A DNA stretch of 11,723 nucleotides from Candidatus Fervidifonticultor quintus (GTDB taxonomy: Bacteria; Sysuimicrobiota; Sysuimicrobiia; Sysuimicrobiales; Humicultoraceae). The translations under genes were made by a program, and so were the position numbers. Numbering within the stretch: the stretch's first letter is position 1; each line of letters opens with the position of its first letter. Of this stretch, positions 8,042-11,723 are shown one piece after another. Location of the stretch: NCBI GenBank assembly GCA_031459535.1, contig JAVKIJ010000088.1:1-11723 (forward strand), read 5' to 3'. The notes under the pieces were generated by a model. It was given only the letters and a program-made list of their open reading frames with translations. It did not search any database and was not told the DNA's origin.

Positions 8042-9216
8042 CATCCTTGCGGATCCTAAACGTAACCCAGGTGTACGGCCCAGCGGCGTGCGCGAGCGGC
8101 CAGGCGATCACGGTAGGGGACATTTCACGTCAACTCGCGCGTCGCGGACACGAGGTCACCGTGGTGACGGCTGCGCGGGGGTTTCAGGCGGCCCGGGAGC
8201 GGCTCCACGGCGTCGAGGTGGTAGGTCTGCGTTCTGTCTTCCGGTATCGTGCCATCACGGTGAACCCTGGCGTCGTCGGCTTCTGCCTGCGCCGTCTGAG
8301 GGGGTTCGACATCGTCCACCTCTACGGCACTTACGACCTCCTGGGCCCCGTCGTCGCTACCTTCTGCCGCCGGTGGCACGTCCCCTATGTGCTCGAGCCG
8401 CTGGGCATGTATCGGCCTATCGTGCGCAACATTGGCCCTAAGCGCGCCTACCGGCGCTTCCTGGGCCGGCCAGTGGTGGCCGGGGCGGCGCGCGTTATCG
8501 CCACCAGCGAGTTGGAGCGGGAGGAGCTTGTGGCCGACGGCGTGCTAGCGGCCAAGGTCGTGGTGCGGCGCAACGGCGTGGAGCCTCCCGGTCCTGAGGA
8601 GGCTCCGTCGCCGGGTACCTTCCGCCGAGACGCCGGGATCGGGCAGGACCAGCCGCTCGTGCTGTACCTGGGGCGGATCTCAAAGAAAAAGGGACTCGAC
8701 TTGCTGCTGGAGGCGTTCAGTGCGATGCCACCGCCGGCAGCTCTGGCCATCGTGGGCCCTGACGACGGCGACGGGTGCCTCCAGAGGCTCGAGCGGCTGC
8801 GTGACCGCCTGGGGCTGAACAGCCGGGTGTGGCTGATGGGGCCCCGGTTTGGCGCCGACAAGTGGTCCGCCCTGGCCGACGCCGACGTGGTCGTGCTGCC
8901 CTCGCGCAGCGAGAACTTCGGCAACGTAGCGGCCGAGGCGGTGGCCTGCAGCGTGCCGGTGGTCGTCACCGACCGGTGCGGCGTCGCTCCGCTGGTCGCC
9001 GACCGGGCGGGACTCGTCGTGCCCTGCCGCTTGGACGCGATTCGCTCAGCGATCTCTCGACTGCTCGAAGACTCTCACCTGCGGACGCGCCTGCGCGCCG
9101 GAGCTGTCGAGGTGCGGCGCGAACTCTCCTGGGACGAACCTGTGGCCCGGCAGGAGCAGATCTACCTGGAAGTGCTGCAGGAACAGTCGCACCGTGGCAC
9201 GGGTTTGGCGCGCTAG
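8038..9216 (+). CDS. Family 4 glycosyltransferase (Bme6-like pattern), 392 aa
   Basis: LRILNVTQVY, LARRGHEVTVVT, RNGV, LYLGRISKKKGLDLL, IVGPDDG, LPSRSENFGNVAAEA (EX7E). ATGA overlap with the upstream stop. Confidence 0.93.
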   Translation: MTSLRILNVTQVYGPAACASGQAITVGDISRQLARRGHEVTVVTAARGFQAARERLHGVEVVGLRSVFRYRAITVNPGVVGFCLRRLRGFDIVHLYGTYDLLGPVVATFCRRWHVPYVLEPLGMYRPIVRNIGPKRAYRRFLGRPVVAGAARVIATSELEREELVADGVLAAKVVVRRNGVEPPGPEEAPSPGTFRRDAGIGQDQPLVLYLGRISKKKGLDLLLEAFSAMPPPAALAIVGPDDGDGCLQRLERLRDRLGLNSRVWLMGPRFGADKWSALADADVVVLPSRSENFGNVAAEAVACSVPVVVTDRCGVAPLVADRAGLVVPCRLDAIRSAISRLLEDSHLRTRLRAGAVEVRRELSWDEPVARQEQIYLEVLQEQSHRGTGLAR

Positions 9217-9242
9217 AAGAGCGCCAGTCGCGCGCCTTTGAT

Positions 9243-11174
9243 ATGTGCGGCATCTCGGGGCTGTACGGCCCCCCGCGGCTCACTCCGGAGCCCGTCTGGC
9301 GGATGGTCGACCATCTGGGCAACCGGGGGCCTGACGACCGGGGCGTCCATAGCCCTGCTCCCACCGCGGTGCTCGGCAGCACCCGTCTGAGCATCCTTGA
9401 CCTCTCGCCGGCCGGACATCAGCCCATGAGCAACGAGGACTCCCGGGTGTGGGTGACGTTCAACGGCGAGGTCTACAACTTCCGCGCCCTGCGAGCCGAC
9501 TTGCAGCGTCGAGGGCACGTCTTCCGGTCGCAGACCGACACCGAGGTCGTCGTCCACGCCTACGAGGAGTGGGGCGATGACTGCGTGGACCGGCTGCGGG
9601 GGATGTTCGCCTTCGCCGTCACAGACGCCCGCGAGGCCGGGCCCCACGGGGAGGGAGTGAGGCTACTGCTGGCGCGTGATCCTCTGGGCATCAAGCCCCT
9701 GTACTATGCCAGCGCCAACAGCCGGCTGCTGTTTTCCTCCGAGGTCCGGGCCCTGCTCGCCTCGGGCCTGGTGCCCCTACGGCTCTCCTCTGACGGGTCG
9801 GCCGCCTACCTGCTGTGGGGGTCTGTGGCTGAACCGTTGACTCTCGTGACCGGCGTTCGGTCGCTGCCTCCGGGGCACCGGCTGACAGCGCAGGTGAGGG
9901 ACGGCGCACTGCAGGTCGAGGTGGAACCCCACTGGCACCTGCCGGTCGGCCTAGTTGCTCGCGACGGGGCGGCAGACTCCGCTCGGGAGGAGGCCGTGGC
10001 GCTACGCCGGCTTCTGGCGGACGCCGTGGGCCTCCACCTCGTCGCCGACGTCCCCGTGGGCGTCTTCCTGAGCGGCGGCGTGGATTCCACGGGCGTGGCC
10101 GCGCTGGCCGCCGAGGCCCACGGCGCGATCTCCACGGTGACGGTGGCCTTCCCGGAAGAGGCCGACAGAAACGAAGCCGCCCTGGCCCGCGAGACCGCCC
10201 GGCGGCTCGGCACTTGCCACCACGAGGTAGGCCTCACAGGCCCGGAGACACTGCGCCGCCTCGACGAGGCAGTGGCGGCACTCGACCAGCCCAGCATGGA
10301 CGGGATCAACACCTACTTCGTCTCGTGGGGCGCGCGTCAAGCCGGCCTGAAAGTGGCCCTCTCGGGGCTGGGGGGCGACGAACTATTCGGCGGCTATGGC
10401 ACGTTCGCCACAGTCCCCCGCCTGGAGGCCCTGGTGGCTCTGGCGCGTCGGGCTCCCGCCCTGGCGGGGTGGGCGGCGCGGGCAGCTCGTGCGCTCCCCG
10501 GTCTGAGCGCCGATGCGCGGGGGAAGGTCGCCGACCTGCTGGCCGCCCCTGACCTCCTGCCGCACCCCTATGCTGTGGCGCGAGCACTCTTCTCACCTCG
10601 AAGGGTGCTCGCTCTGCTCAACGGCGCTGGAGCCCTCGAGCCTGCCGGCCCCTGGGCCGACCGCCTGCACGATCTGGCGACCCGGACCCGGGAGCAGGGA
10701 CCGTTCGGCCGGGTCTCGACGCTGGAGCTCGGCACCTACCTCGTCAACACCCTGTCGCGCGACACCGACGCCATGAGCATGGCGCACTCCCTGGAGGTGC
10801 GCGTGCCGTTCGTTGACCGGGAGGTGGTGGAGTTCGTCGCCACCCTACCCGACGCCTGGCGGGCCGGCCGCGCGGGGCCCCGTCGGGGCCCGAAGGCGCT
10901 GCTGCTGGAGGCGGTAGGCGACCGCCTGCCCGCCGCCGTCGTCCGCGGACGGAAGCGGACCTTCACCCTGCCGTGGGAGCGGTGGCTGCGCGGGCCGCTG
11001 CAACGGAAGGTGCAGGAAGGGATTGAAGCAATCCCGGACCCGCTGCGCCTCTTCCTGGATCCGGGGGAAGTGCGGGGGGTGTGGCAGGGCTTCCTGGCGG
11101 GGCGAACGGGCTGGGCGCGGCCGTGGAGTCTTTATGTCCTCAACGAGTGGGTACGTCTTCACCTGGCCGTTTGA
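9243..11174 (+). CDS. asnB: Asparagine synthase (glutamine-hydrolysing) family amidotransferase, 643 aa; probably a glycan-amidating paralog
   Basis: MCGISG start (Ntn catalytic Cys), RGPD, RLSILDLS..GHQPM, FNGEVYN, DTEV, GMFAF, ARDPLGIKPLYY, FLSGGVDS (PP-loop), LSGLGGDELFGGY, SMAHSLEVRVPF. The true start must be ATG 9243, not 8829, so that the Cys is N-terminal. Confidence 0.95.
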   Translation: MCGISGLYGPPRLTPEPVWRMVDHLGNRGPDDRGVHSPAPTAVLGSTRLSILDLSPAGHQPMSNEDSRVWVTFNGEVYNFRALRADLQRRGHVFRSQTDTEVVVHAYEEWGDDCVDRLRGMFAFAVTDAREAGPHGEGVRLLLARDPLGIKPLYYASANSRLLFSSEVRALLASGLVPLRLSSDGSAAYLLWGSVAEPLTLVTGVRSLPPGHRLTAQVRDGALQVEVEPHWHLPVGLVARDGAADSAREEAVALRRLLADAVGLHLVADVPVGVFLSGGVDSTGVAALAAEAHGAISTVTVAFPEEADRNEAALARETARRLGTCHHEVGLTGPETLRRLDEAVAALDQPSMDGINTYFVSWGARQAGLKVALSGLGGDELFGGYGTFATVPRLEALVALARRAPALAGWAARAARALPGLSADARGKVADLLAAPDLLPHPYAVARALFSPRRVLALLNGAGALEPAGPWADRLHDLATRTREQGPFGRVSTLELGTYLVNTLSRDTDAMSMAHSLEVRVPFVDREVVEFVATLPDAWRAGRAGPRRGPKALLLEAVGDRLPAAVVRGRKRTFTLPWERWLRGPLQRKVQEGIEAIPDPLRLFLDPGEVRGVWQGFLAGRTGWARPWSLYVLNEWVRLHLAV

Positions 11175-11175
11175 T

Positions 11176-11214
11176 GCTTAATTAAGCTGACAAGAGATAA
11201 AAAGCTTTCATCTC
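11176..11214. repeat. AT-rich pair of palindromes just downstream of asnB
   Basis: Perfect 12-bp palindrome GCTTAATTAAGC (11176-11187) and an imperfect inverted repeat GAGAT-aa-AAAGCTTT-c-ATCTC (11194-11214). 11171-11210 is 12/40 G+C. Confidence 0.6.
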
Positions 11215-11424
11215 ATGGCATCCAATCGAGAAAGAGGAAGCCGCACTTCGCGCGGCAGTCTCACAGTCGAAGGTGCCCGCAAGTACTGGTGCGATCTTCA
11301 CGGGGCATTTCCGTCTAGCTCCTGGGAGGTCATCCAGGGCTCGGCTGCCATTCTGAGACCTGTCTGTCATGCTGGCGCCCCGGACTACAGATCCTCAGGG
11401 CTTTCCTCGGATGGCAAATTAGTC

Positions 11425-11723
11425 CAGGAGTTACGCGGCTCGCATGATTTCCCCCTTTCGGGATGGGGCCGTGGACGTGTCGAATGTCGCCTTGTCCCCT
11501 TGGATGACGGCGAGTTGCAGGCGGCGTTTGACCTCACCCACCGTGTCTGATGGATCGAGCCGCGCCTGCTGGAGCACGACGAAGGCGAGGAGGACCAGCG
11601 CGACATGACGCTCCATGGCCTGCGGCACCCGGCACTGGCAGGCCCCCAGCCCCGCCAGTTGCTTGGTGTCGCGGAAGCACGTTTCGATGTCCCAGCGGCT
11701 GCGCTTGCGAGCGAGCAGGGTCT
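11425..11723 (-). mobile_element. Right end of an insertion sequence (IS701-like, IS4 superfamily), cut by the window edge
   Basis: Contains the transposase C-terminus. The putative terminal inverted repeat CAGGAGTTACGC (11425-11436, + strand) overlaps the transposase stop codon and resembles, from memory, the AGGA(C/G)TTACGC ends of IS701-type elements. Confidence 0.7.
11431..11723 (-). CDS. DDE transposase, C-terminal fragment (5' partial), IS701/IS4-like
   Basis: The frame is open from the window edge: TLLARKRSRWDIETCFRDTKQLAGLGACQCRVPQAMERHVALVLLAF...IMRAA*. RWxIExxFRxxKQxxGL..CQxR is the R(3)E(6)K catalytic-Glu signature. Confidence 0.88.
   Translation of the reverse strand, partial: TLLARKRSRWDIETCFRDTKQLAGLGACQCRVPQAMERHVALVLLAFVVLQQARLDPSDTVGEVKRRLQLAVIQGDKATFDTSTAPSRKGEIMRAA

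Noticed and set aside
11176..11214. Rho-independent terminator after asnB
   Set aside because: The stems are AT-rich and there is no GC stem followed by a U-tract, so it was kept only as an unexplained palindrome.
11182..11370. 62-aa - strand ORF downstream of the transposase
   Set aside because: No RBS or motif, and it lies outside the putative IS end.
9243..11424. Lasso-peptide system (AsnB-like cyclase plus short downstream ORF as precursor)
   Set aside because: The AsnB has a full glutaminase domain with an N-terminal Cys. No B1/B2 proteins are present, and the short ORF lacks the YxxP-L leader and T-x-G core pattern.
1..11723. CRISPR arrays, tRNA/rRNA genes, tandem repeats or phase-variable homopolymer tracts
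   Set aside because: None seen. The longest run noticed is G7 at 951-957 in the GT2 gene, which is in frame and unremarkable at this GC content.

Overview
High-GC bacterial DNA holding the middle and 3' part of a tightly packed, + strand cell-surface glycan (EPS/capsule/O-antigen-like) biosynthesis operon. Gene order: GT2 - GT4 - Cys-rich GT4 - Wzy/O-antigen-ligase-like membrane protein - class I SAM methyltransferase - tandem GT4::GT4 fusion - GT4 - AsnB-type glutamine amidotransferase. A short AT-rich palindromic spacer follows, then a possible interrupted ORF and the 3' end of an IS701/IS4-like transposase on the - strand. The gene families are all known. The most notable points are: the two-domain GT4 fusion, whose junction looks like a fossil RBS plus a degenerate start codon; a 4-Cys cluster in one GT4; a His-to-Glu change in the WaaL/Wzy motif; the methyltransferase plus amidotransferase pair, which suggests a methylated and amidated glycan; and possibly disrupted genes at both ends. 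All family assignments come from motif recognition by eye; no database search was run.
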